Source: Candidatus Sulfobium sp.
GTDB lineage: Bacteria > Nitrospirota > Thermodesulfovibrionia > Thermodesulfovibrionales > UBA6898
Assembly (NCBI GenBank): GCA_037380845.1
Contig: JARRRI010000006.1
Location: forward strand, 12,782-76,781
Direction of reading: 5' to 3'
Length of the DNA: 64,000 bases
A program made the translations under genes and the position numbers. This document shows positions 10,454 to 18,604 of the stretch, piece by piece; position 1 is the stretch's first letter; every line of letters begins with the position of its first letter. The notes under the pieces were generated by a model. It did not search any database. It saw only the letters and a list, made by a program, of their open reading frames with translations, and was not told the origin of the DNA.

Positions 10454-10867
10454 GTGCCGGATGTTCGGTACAGTTACAAAAAAACCGACGCGACGAGGCT
10501 GAGGATCCTGATGCTGCTCACTAAGAGAGAATTGTGCGTATGTCAGATCATGGGGGTCCTCGGCGTCTCGCAGCCCCTCGTATCCCGCAATCTCCACCTT
10601 CTATACGAGGCCGGCTTTCTCCGGGAGCGTAAGGAAGGGAAACTTGTCTACTATTCTCTGGATAAGGACATGGGACCGGTCAATCGCAGGATTGTGCGTC
10701 TGTTGAAGGCCCTCCTGGAATCTGATAGGATTCTAGCAAGGGATTTGAAGTCTCTCGGCGAGTGCGAGGAATTTCAGAAAAAAACGGGCAAGTGTGACAT
10801 GAAAACCTTTTCGGACTTCATGAAGAAGAAGAGGAAGAAAGTCGCACGGGAGATGGCAGGTAAGTAA
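10454..10867 (+). CDS. ArsR/SmtB-family regulator; 5' end atypical or truncated
   Basis: DATRLRILMLL, ELCVCQI and SQPLVSRNL are present. The usual N-terminal helix (...FKALSD) is missing and there is no clear RBS. Confidence 0.75.
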   Translation: MPDVRYSYKKTDATRLRILMLLTKRELCVCQIMGVLGVSQPLVSRNLHLLYEAGFLRERKEGKLVYYSLDKDMGPVNRRIVRLLKALLESDRILARDLKSLGECEEFQKKTGKCDMKTFSDFMKKKRKKVAREMAGK

Positions 10868-10872
10868 TTTCC

Positions 10873-12243
10873 ATGTACAGACGCATTGTTTTCATAACAG
10901 TGCTGGCGGTTGCATGCAATGCGGTCTGGTTTTCCGCGGCGACCTGGGCTGAGAAGACTCTGACACTCACGGAGGCCGTTCAATATTCGCTGAAGGACAA
11001 CCCCGGGGTACTTGCCTTCAGGGAGTCCGTCCTGGCTCAGAAAGAAGATATCGGCATTGCCCGGAGTCTCATGCTGCCGAAGCTCAATTTTGAAGAAAGG
11101 TATATGAGGACGAACAACCCCACTTATGCCTTCATGGCGAAGCTCAACCAGGAGCGTTTTTCCCAGCAGGACTTCGCCATAAGTTCGCTGAACAGCCCCT
11201 CGCCGATAAATGACTTCCAGACGAGTTTTTCCCTTGAGCAGGCGGTCTTCGCACCTAAGGCATACATCGCGCTGGACATGGCGAAGAAAGAGGCCGCGGC
11301 CAGGGGGGACGAGTTTGACAGGAAAAAGGAAGAGACCGCCTTCCGCGTATTCAAGACGTACCTGGGAGTGCAGACGGCGAAGGCGTATGTGGGCGTTGCC
11401 GAGAAGGGCGTCGAGGACGCAAAGGAACACCGCCGGATCGCCGAATCGCGCTACAGGAACAATCTGGGACTTTATTCCGACGTTCTCAGGGCACAGGTGG
11501 CCATGTCTTCGGCGGAGGAGAAGATGGTTTCCGCCCGAAAGAACCTGGCGGTTGCAAAGAGGGCCCTCGGTCTGATGCTGGGATTGACCGAATCGGTAAA
11601 TGTAACTGACGAAAGACCTTCCTTCGAGGTAAGGAATATCGACCACTATTATGACAAGTCGCTCCAGAGAAAAGACCTGCACTCATTGCAGGAGCGTTAC
11701 AGGAATGCCAGAAACGCCCTGAAGATGGCGAACGCAGGATACCTGCCGGTTGTGGGAGTGGGGGGGACCTATCAGTTGAATGACCATCGCAGTCCCTTCG
11801 CCGGAGAGGGTGACAGTTGGCAGCTGGTAGCATTTCTGAGGTGGCATATCTTTGACGGAACCAGGCGGGAGCATGAGAGGGAAAAGGCAAAGCACAAAAT
11901 CGCTGAAACGGGCGAATATCTCGACGGGTTCAGGAAGGAATTGCGCTTCAGGGTCTATGATGCTTATCTCGGAGTGGACGAGTCGAAGAAAGGCCTGGAG
12001 CTTGCGAAGGCTGCGCTGAAATCCGCGGAAGAAGGCAGACGGCTCGTCCTGAAGAGATATGAAAACTCGCTTTCTACTATTGTCGACCTGCTCGACGTAC
12101 AGACGAGTCTCGATGCCGCACGGGCCGATGTGGTCAGAAAAGAGGGTGCCTATTTGACGGCGATAGCAAACCTCGGATTCCAGAGCGGAACACTGCTCCA
12201 TGAACTCGGGGTGGAGGACCGGCAAGGACCGAGTGCTGAATAG
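10873..12243 (+). CDS. TolC-family outer membrane efflux protein
   Basis: Signal peptide and two OEP repeats, upstream of MFP and RND genes. Confidence 0.88.
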   Translation: MYRRIVFITVLAVACNAVWFSAATWAEKTLTLTEAVQYSLKDNPGVLAFRESVLAQKEDIGIARSLMLPKLNFEERYMRTNNPTYAFMAKLNQERFSQQDFAISSLNSPSPINDFQTSFSLEQAVFAPKAYIALDMAKKEAAARGDEFDRKKEETAFRVFKTYLGVQTAKAYVGVAEKGVEDAKEHRRIAESRYRNNLGLYSDVLRAQVAMSSAEEKMVSARKNLAVAKRALGLMLGLTESVNVTDERPSFEVRNIDHYYDKSLQRKDLHSLQERYRNARNALKMANAGYLPVVGVGGTYQLNDHRSPFAGEGDSWQLVAFLRWHIFDGTRREHEREKAKHKIAETGEYLDGFRKELRFRVYDAYLGVDESKKGLELAKAALKSAEEGRRLVLKRYENSLSTIVDLLDVQTSLDAARADVVRKEGAYLTAIANLGFQSGTLLHELGVEDRQGPSAE

Positions 12244-12246
12244 AGG

Positions 12247-12411
12247 AGAAGGCGAACGTGCTGAAATGGTCTATAAATTCGGCAAGCATTAATTCTGGTT
12301 CACGTAAACGCGATTTCAGCCTTAAAAGCTTTTTTAAAAGAAGCAGGATGACCATTTTCATGGACTGTGCGGAGCCTCGGGTTATGGACTTTTTCAGCAC
12401 GTCCGCCTTCT
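12247..12411. mobile_element. MITE-like element with 30-bp imperfect terminal inverted repeats
   Basis: 12247-12276 AGAAGGCGAACGTGCTGAAATGGTCTATAA matches the reverse complement of 12382-12411 at 26/30 positions. No transposase is encoded. Confidence 0.55.
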
Positions 12412-12473
12412 TATGTCTTTTTGTGGCGGGATGTAAAAATTGCTTCCACGCCTCCCTTGATGCAGAGAGGAAT

Positions 12474-12530
12474 CTTATCCCTCTCCGGCAAAGAGGGCTT
12501 GCCTGCCGTCGGGCAGGGACGGGGAGTGTT
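12474..12530. repeat. Short palindromic intergenic repeat (CCCTCT..AAAGAGGG type) with nested GCCTGCC motif
   Basis: Sequence TCCCTCTCCGGCAAAGAGGGCTTGCCTGCCGTCGGGCAGGGACGGGGAG resembles the repeats at 13.8 kb and 17.7 kb. Confidence 0.5.
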
Positions 12531-12533
12531 GCG

Positions 12534-13757
12534 ATGAATGTTAAGTCAATCAGGAGGCTGTCAATGCTGCCGAACAAACTTAATGCGATACCGATAGTTG
12601 CCCTTACCCTGGCTATTCTCCTGGGCGGCTGTAAGGGAAAGGTTGAGCCGGGGACCGCTGAGGTGAAAAGACAGCGGGTTAGCGGCGTGAAGGTGGAGAC
12701 GATACGGCCCGCCGAGGTCGACAAGTATTACGAAACCTCGGGGACTGTCATCGCGGACTCCGTAAGCGTTATCTCAAGCAGGATAATGGGTACAATCACT
12801 TCGATGAAAGTGAAGGAGGGCGATAAGGTACGAGCCGGGCAGCTTCTCCTTACAGTGGACAACAGGGACATACAACAGAAGGTCAAGGCTGCAAAAGAAA
12901 GCTACGAAGAGGCGAAGAAGGGACTGGAGGCGGCGAAGGAAAACAGGGACCTGGTCAATATCACTTACAGGAGATACAAGAACCTCTATGACGAAAAGGC
13001 GCTCACCGGACAGGAGCTTGACCAGATCCGGACCAAAAAGAAGGTTGCAGACATTGAATTGGCAAGGGCAAAGGCCGGTGTGAGGCGGGCCGAGGCAGGA
13101 CTCGGGGAGGCGGAGGTAAACCAGGGATTCGGACGCGTGACCGCCCCGACAGCGGGTATTGTTACGAACAAGAACGCAGACGCCGGCAGCATGGCGGTTC
13201 CCGGAAACCCTCTGATGAATATCGAAGACAATTCGTCCTACAGGCTAGAGATAAAGGGGAACGAGTCTTTATCGGGACGGATTACCGCGGGGATGGAGGC
13301 GGACATTTTCATCGGCGCTCTGGACAGGCATTTCAGGGGGCGGGTAGTAGAGGTTGTCCCTTCCGTGAATCCGGCAAGCAGAAGTTTTGTCGTTAAAATA
13401 CATCTCAGCGGGGAGGGGCTCAGAAGCGGCTTTTACGGCAGGGTCTCCATTGCGGTGGGTAAGAAGGAGGTCCTCCTGGTTCCGGCCGGTGCAGTCGTGG
13501 AGAGAGGAGAATTGACCGGCCTTTATACAGTTGGTAATGACAACGTGATTAAGTATACGTTGATCAGGGTCGGGAAGACTTTTGGAGGCAAGGTGGAAGT
13601 GCTCTCCGGACTTGAGCCGGATGACAGGGTGATCGTGGAAGGCATTGACAGGGCCGTCGACGGAGGGCTTTATGTCGGTGAAGTGAAAAGTCCAGGTAAT
13701 ACAACTGAAAAGGCGGGAAATCCTTTCAGTATGGAGTTCATGGCTGACGGTGAATAA
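12534..13757 (+). CDS. RND periplasmic adaptor subunit
   Basis: Lipobox-like LLGGC, biotinyl-like VKEGDKVRAGQLL and VTAPTAGIV. ATG 12534 follows GGGGAG (12564 is an alternative). The 12258 start runs through repeats. Confidence 0.85.
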   Translation: MNVKSIRRLSMLPNKLNAIPIVALTLAILLGGCKGKVEPGTAEVKRQRVSGVKVETIRPAEVDKYYETSGTVIADSVSVISSRIMGTITSMKVKEGDKVRAGQLLLTVDNRDIQQKVKAAKESYEEAKKGLEAAKENRDLVNITYRRYKNLYDEKALTGQELDQIRTKKKVADIELARAKAGVRRAEAGLGEAEVNQGFGRVTAPTAGIVTNKNADAGSMAVPGNPLMNIEDNSSYRLEIKGNESLSGRITAGMEADIFIGALDRHFRGRVVEVVPSVNPASRSFVVKIHLSGEGLRSGFYGRVSIAVGKKEVLLVPAGAVVERGELTGLYTVGNDNVIKYTLIRVGKTFGGKVEVLSGLEPDDRVIVEGIDRAVDGGLYVGEVKSPGNTTEKAGNPFSMEFMADGE

Positions 13758-13790
13758 TCCGGAAAATCTCACCTGGCCCCTGTCCGGGTT

Positions 13791-13935
13791 CATAACTCCA
13801 CCTTCCCCCTCTTATCTAAAAGGGGGTGCCGAAGGCGGGGCGTTATCCACGAGGGGTATTGTCCCTCCCCTTGGCAAAGGGGGTTTACCCGCCTCTGGCG
13901 GCGCCGAAGGCGACCAGGGGTCAGGAGGGATTTTA
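13791..13935 (+). repeat. Composite palindromic intergenic repeat, copy 1
   Basis: ATAACTCCACCTTCCCCCTCTTATCTAAAGGGGGTGCC...TCCCTCCCCTTGGCAAAGGGGG. An inverted homolog lies at 17670-17799. Confidence 0.7.
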
Positions 13936-14047
13936 TTGAACTGCCCGGGTTACTTGTGAATCCAATTGAGGAAGGGAATTCTCTCTGAGTTTGATAAGAC
14001 ACCGTCGTGATTCCTTATGTAAATGAGAATATAAAGAGGCCCATCGA

Positions 14048-17000
14048 ATGAATGACCTCGGCATAGCCGGAAAAATCGCCAAGGCGTTTATCAGTTCCAG
14101 GCTTACGCCTCTTATCGTAATCGCTGCGCTCATCCTCGGGGTTTTTGCGGTCATCTCCACGCCGAGGGAGGAAGAGCCCCAAATACTTGTCCCCATGATT
14201 GACGTGATGGTCGCCTATCCCGGGGCCTCTGCGAAAGAGGTCGAGGAAAGGGTGACGAGTCCCGTCGAGAAACTGATGTGGGAGATCAAGGGGGTCAAGT
14301 ATGTCTATTCAATGGCAAAGCCGGGCATGGGGCTGGTTATAGTCAGGTTCGAGGTGGGAGAGGAGATGGAGACGAGCCTGGTGAAGCTCTATAACAAGCT
14401 CATGTCGAATTACGATATGATCCCGCCGGGTGTCGCCCAGCCTCTTGTAAAGCCGAAATCCATAAACGACGTCCCCATAGCCACATTTACCCTGTGGAGC
14501 GACAAATATCACGGGTATGAACTCAGGCGGGTGGCCGTCGAGGTGTGCAATGAGCTGAAGAAGGACGAGAATGTGTCCGAAACGAGTGTTATCGGGGGAC
14601 AGAGAAGACAGGTGCGGGTGGTCTTCGATCCTCTCAGGTTGAGGGCTTACCACACCTCTCCTTTCCAGATCATAGGGGCGCTAAAGAAGGCCAATTTTAT
14701 TCTTCCGTCCGGCGCGTTTTCTTCGGATAACAGGGAGTTTCTGGTCGACACAGGTGCCTTCCTCAAGGACTCTGATGAAGTCGGAGACCTCGTCACCGGT
14801 GTCCATAATGGGAAGCCTGTATATCTGAAGGATGTGGCTGACATAAAAGACGGTCCGGAGGAGCCTGCCGATTACGTTTTCATGGGACTGGGCCCTCAAG
14901 CGGCAGCAAAGGGCGTCAGCGCCAAATATTCGAAGTCCGGAGAGTATGAAGCCGTAACGATCACGATGGCGAAGAAGAAGGGCTCCAATGCGACCATAAT
15001 CGCAGAGGGCGCCCTGCGGAAGATAAATGCCCTGAAGGGGACGATCATACCCTCCGGCGTGGAGGTTACAACCACACGGAATTACGGGGAGACGGCCAAT
15101 GAGAAATCGAACGAGCTTCTCGAACATCTCCTTATCGCGACTATCTCGGTAATAATGCTGATTGCATTGGCTCTGGGCTGGCGGGAAGCGATTGTCGTCG
15201 CAGTGGCGGTGCCCGTGACACTGGCCCTCACACTTTTGATCAATTATCTCTATGGCTATACCCTCAACAGGGTGACCCTTTTTGCCCTCATATTCTCGAT
15301 AGGTATTCTGGTCGATGATGCCATAGTCGTTGTCGAGAATATTCACAGGCATTTCAGGATGCACAGGATAAGCAGACTTACCGCCGTGCTGGCTGTGGAC
15401 GAAGTCGGTAACCCAACGATCCTCGCTACGTTCGCGGTCATCGCGGCCCTCATGCCCATGGCCTTCGTGCGGGGGCTCATGGGCCCCTACATGAGGCCCA
15501 TCCCGGTGGGCGCATCGGCAGCGATGATCTTTTCATTGCTGATTGCGTTCATCGTCAGTCCATACATGAGTTATCATGCACTCAAGGGTGTCAGGAGGAA
15601 AGGGAAGGGCGGGGGAGAAGGAGATAAAGAGGAGGCGAAGACCTTCCACAAGATTTATGAGAGGACGCTGGGACCGCTCCTCGACAACAAATGGAAGCGG
15701 GCCTCAGCACTCGGCGTCGTTCTCCTCCTGCTGGGCCTTGCCCTGCTCCTCATTCCGCTCAAGGCCGTGGAACTGAAGATGCTTCCTTTCGATAATAAGA
15801 GCGAGCTTCAGGTGGTCGTCAACCTGCCGGAGGACGTGACTCTCGAAGAGAGCGCTGCTCTTGCCCGCGACATGGGGGAATATCTGAAGACAGTGCCAGA
15901 GGTAACGGACTACCAGTCCTACATCGGGACGGCGGCCCCCTTCAATTTCAACGGACTGGTCCGCCATTATTATCTCCGTTCGGGCAGCAATGTCGTAGGT
16001 ATCCAGGTCAGTTTTGTTCCCAAAGGCATGAGGAGTGCGCAGAGCCACGCTATCGCGAAGCGGATCAGGCCTTTCCTTCACAAGATCGGTGAAAGGTACA
16101 ACTCAAAAGTGATAATAGCCGAGATACCGCCGGGTCCCCCCGTCCTCAGCACTCTTGTGGCGGAGGTATATGGCCCGGACTTGAAGGGCAGAATAGATGT
16201 GGCCCGGAAAATCAAGCATATCTTCGAGACTACCGAAGGGGTGGTGGATGTGGACTGGTATGTGGAGGCAAATCAAAGGAAATTCGTCCTCGACGTGGAC
16301 AAGGAAAAGGCGGCGCAGAACGGCGTTACCACGAAAGCCGCTTCGGAGACCCTGAGGACCGTTTTGGGGGGCATGCCAGCGGGCCTCGTCCATTTCGAGA
16401 GGGAAAAGGAGCCTGTAGAGATCCTGCTCAGGGCGCCTCTCCGGGAACGTTCCGGCCTCGCATCCCTGGAAGAGGTTTCGGTGCCGTCGTCAGCGGGCGG
16501 ATTCATCCCTCTTTCGCAGCTCGTGAAAGTCCGGAAAGAGATACAGGACAAGACGATTTATCATAAAAACCTGAAGGGCGTAACATATGTCATTGGAGAC
16601 GTTGCGGGCGCCGCCGAAAGCCCCGTTTACGCCATACTCAAAATGAAGGACAGGATCGGAAGGATAGCCGTTCCGGGCGGATATAAGCTCAGGCAGTATT
16701 ATACCGCCCAGCCCTGGCTTACGGACCATTACGGAATGAAGTGGGACGGTGAATGGCAGATAACGTATGAGGTCTTCAGGGACCTCGGCATTGCCTTCGG
16801 GGCCGTACTTATCCTGATCTACATTCTGGTTGTGGCGTGGTTCAGAAATTTCGTTACACCCCTGATCATAATGGTGCCGATCCCGCTGACGCTCGTGGGG
16901 ATCCTTCCAGGTCACTGGATATTCGGTGCCTTCTTCACCGCCACGTCCATGATCGGCTTCATAGCACTGGCGGGAATAATCGTAAGGAACTCTGTCCTTC

Positions 17001-17323
17001 TCATCGATTTTGTCGAGATGGAGTGGAGGGACTGCGGCGGGCTGAAAGACGCACTCATCAAGGCCGGGGCGGTGAGGTTCAGACCCATCGTCCTGACGGC
17101 GGCCGCGGTAGTCGTCGGCTCTTTTGTTATGCTCTTCGATCCGATCTTCCAGGGCCTCGCAATATCGATGATGTTCGGTGCGGTCGCTGCAACGGGCCTG
17201 ACACTTCTGGCAGTGCCTCTGCTTTACTATGAATTCTTCAAAGACAGGGTCTGCCCCATCAAGGAGGAGGAGTTCGAACTGGAGAAGGAGAGAGAAGAAG
17301 AGAAAAAAGAGGGTGAAAATTAG
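14048..17323 (+). CDS. AcrB/AcrD/AcrF-family RND permease
   Basis: 1091 aa with PREEEPQI, IGILVDDAIVVVENI, GIIVRNSVLLIDF and RFRPIVLT. Confidence 0.92.
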   Translation: MNDLGIAGKIAKAFISSRLTPLIVIAALILGVFAVISTPREEEPQILVPMIDVMVAYPGASAKEVEERVTSPVEKLMWEIKGVKYVYSMAKPGMGLVIVRFEVGEEMETSLVKLYNKLMSNYDMIPPGVAQPLVKPKSINDVPIATFTLWSDKYHGYELRRVAVEVCNELKKDENVSETSVIGGQRRQVRVVFDPLRLRAYHTSPFQIIGALKKANFILPSGAFSSDNREFLVDTGAFLKDSDEVGDLVTGVHNGKPVYLKDVADIKDGPEEPADYVFMGLGPQAAAKGVSAKYSKSGEYEAVTITMAKKKGSNATIIAEGALRKINALKGTIIPSGVEVTTTRNYGETANEKSNELLEHLLIATISVIMLIALALGWREAIVVAVAVPVTLALTLLINYLYGYTLNRVTLFALIFSIGILVDDAIVVVENIHRHFRMHRISRLTAVLAVDEVGNPTILATFAVIAALMPMAFVRGLMGPYMRPIPVGASAAMIFSLLIAFIVSPYMSYHALKGVRRKGKGGGEGDKEEAKTFHKIYERTLGPLLDNKWKRASALGVVLLLLGLALLLIPLKAVELKMLPFDNKSELQVVVNLPEDVTLEESAALARDMGEYLKTVPEVTDYQSYIGTAAPFNFNGLVRHYYLRSGSNVVGIQVSFVPKGMRSAQSHAIAKRIRPFLHKIGERYNSKVIIAEIPPGPPVLSTLVAEVYGPDLKGRIDVARKIKHIFETTEGVVDVDWYVEANQRKFVLDVDKEKAAQNGVTTKAASETLRTVLGGMPAGLVHFEREKEPVEILLRAPLRERSGLASLEEVSVPSSAGGFIPLSQLVKVRKEIQDKTIYHKNLKGVTYVIGDVAGAAESPVYAILKMKDRIGRIAVPGGYKLRQYYTAQPWLTDHYGMKWDGEWQITYEVFRDLGIAFGAVLILIYILVVAWFRNFVTPLIIMVPIPLTLVGILPGHWIFGAFFTATSMIGFIALAGIIVRNSVLLIDFVEMEWRDCGGLKDALIKAGAVRFRPIVLTAAAVVVGSFVMLFDPIFQGLAISMMFGAVAATGLTLLAVPLLYYEFFKDRVCPIKEEEFELEKEREEEKKEGEN

Positions 17324-17341
17324 GAGGGAATGTGGTATAAT
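17313..17341 (+). promoter_or_regulatory. Putative sigma70 promoter of the small zinc-ribbon gene
   Basis: GTGAAA-17 nt-TATAAT with an extended TG. Confidence 0.5.
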
Positions 17342-17390
17342 TAAGAAACAGCGAAACTATGTGGGGACACTAATATGGAGGACGGTTTAA

Positions 17391-17579
17391 ATGTATAACA
17401 GGTGTAAATGCGAAAAGTGTGGCAGTGAATTTGCCACGGTTTTGAAGAATGATCTGGAGCTTCAGAACGAGCCGTGCCCGAAGTGCGGCGAGAAACAGCT
17501 GAAGATAACCGGACCTCTCGGCTTTTACGAGACTAGCAGGCTCTTTTCAGGCGGAGGCTGAAGCCCGCGGGGATGTTAG
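17391..17579 (+). CDS. Small FmdB-like zinc-ribbon protein, probable selenoprotein (UGA at codon 57)
   Basis: GGAGGA RBS, then MYNRCKCEKCGSEF...PCPKCGEKQLKITGPLGFYETSRLFSGGG-TGA(17559-17561)-SPRGC-TAG. Two CxxC motifs. A SECIS-like hairpin follows. Confidence 0.8.
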
Positions 17580-17593
17580 GCCGGTCCGGCCTG
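17577..17593 (+). promoter_or_regulatory. SECIS-like hairpin
   Basis: AGGCCG-GUC-CGGCCU. The GU-containing loop starts 22 nt after the UGA and resembles the GCAGGUCUGC apex of the E. coli fdhF SECIS. Confidence 0.65.
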
Positions 17594-17607
17594 CTTAAAA
17601 TGAGTGT

Positions 17608-17643
17608 AAGGGCATGCTGAATTCAGCATGCCCTTTCTTTTTT
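17608..17643 (+). terminator. Rho-independent terminator
   Basis: Perfect palindrome AAGGGCATGCTGAATTCAGCATGCCCTT followed by TCTTTTTT. Confidence 0.85.
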
Positions 17644-17669
17644 CAATAGCGTCTTTCTACTGATGTATA

Positions 17670-17799
17670 AAAGTCCTCCGGCCCCTGCCTGCCGGCAGGC
17701 AGCTCCCTTTGCCAAAGGGAGGGAACAGGACCCACTTAGGGTAACGCCCCTGCCTTAGGCACCCCCTCTTTGGATAAGAGGGGAAGGGGGAGTTATCAT
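17670..17799 (-). repeat. Composite palindromic intergenic repeat, copy 2 (inverted)
   Basis: The reverse complement reads ATAACTCCCCCTTCCCCTCTTATCCAAAGAGGGGGTGCC...TCCCTCCCTTTGGCAAAGGGAG and carries a nested CTGCCTGCCGGCAGGCAG. Confidence 0.7.
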
Positions 17800-17846
17800 A
17801 CTAAACGACCAATCGTTCAACGCGGGTATGTTATCATTTATACCTT

Positions 17847-18563
17847 ATGGAACAGAGGCTTCAGAAGATCATTGCCGACATGGGCCTTGCATCCCGCAGG
17901 AAGGCAGAAGAACTCATCATGGAGGGCCGCGTCACCGTCAACGGGAAGGCGGCGGTCATAGGTATGAAGGCCGATCCGGCAGCGGACCATATCAAAGTCG
18001 ACGGCAAGCTTCTGGTCAGTCCGGAGAAGAAAGTCTACTTTATCTTTAATAAGCCGAGGGGGGTCGTTACGTCCCTGAGCGACCCGGAAGGCAGGCCGAC
18101 TGTGAATGATTTCCTGCGGGGCATAAAGCAGAGGGTTTTCCCGGTCGGCCGTCTGGACTATGACTCCGAAGGTCTGCTGATCCTTACTAACGACGGTGAA
18201 TTTGCCCATTCGGTACTTCACCCCTCGAAGAAGATACCCAAGACCTACCTGGTGAAGATCAAAGGGGTGCTGGAAGAAGAGGAGATAAACAAGCTGCAGA
18301 CCGGCATCAGGCTCGACAGGACCGTAACGGCTCCGGCGAAGGTCAAGAGACTGCGGAAGGCCGAACATAATTCCTGGATCGAGATGACTATCTCGGAGGG
18401 GAAAAAGAGGCAGATCAGGAGGATGTTGGAAAGGGTCGGCCACCAGGTCATCAGGCTCATGAGAATACGCATAGGCGGACTCGAAATGGGGCCGCTTAAG
18501 CCGGGGACTTACAGGCGCCTCAGGCCGGCAGAGATTGAGAAGGTGAGAAGGTATGCCGTGTAA
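17847..18563 (+). CDS. rluB: RsuA/RluB-family rRNA pseudouridine synthase
   Basis: RLQKIIA S4 domain, VGRLDYDSEGL and EGKKRQIRRM. Confidence 0.88.
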   Translation: MEQRLQKIIADMGLASRRKAEELIMEGRVTVNGKAAVIGMKADPAADHIKVDGKLLVSPEKKVYFIFNKPRGVVTSLSDPEGRPTVNDFLRGIKQRVFPVGRLDYDSEGLLILTNDGEFAHSVLHPSKKIPKTYLVKIKGVLEEEEINKLQTGIRLDRTVTAPAKVKRLRKAEHNSWIEMTISEGKKRQIRRMLERVGHQVIRLMRIRIGGLEMGPLKPGTYRRLRPAEIEKVRRYAV

Positions 18564-18604
18564 GCAGGAAAGGAGCAAAAAAGCGTCTCATCGAAGGAGG
18601 GAGC

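Noticed and set aside
12258..12533. 92-aa N-terminal extension of the MFP
   Set aside because: It overlaps a MITE-like element and a palindromic repeat. The signal/lipobox region and RBS fit a start at 12534 or 12564.
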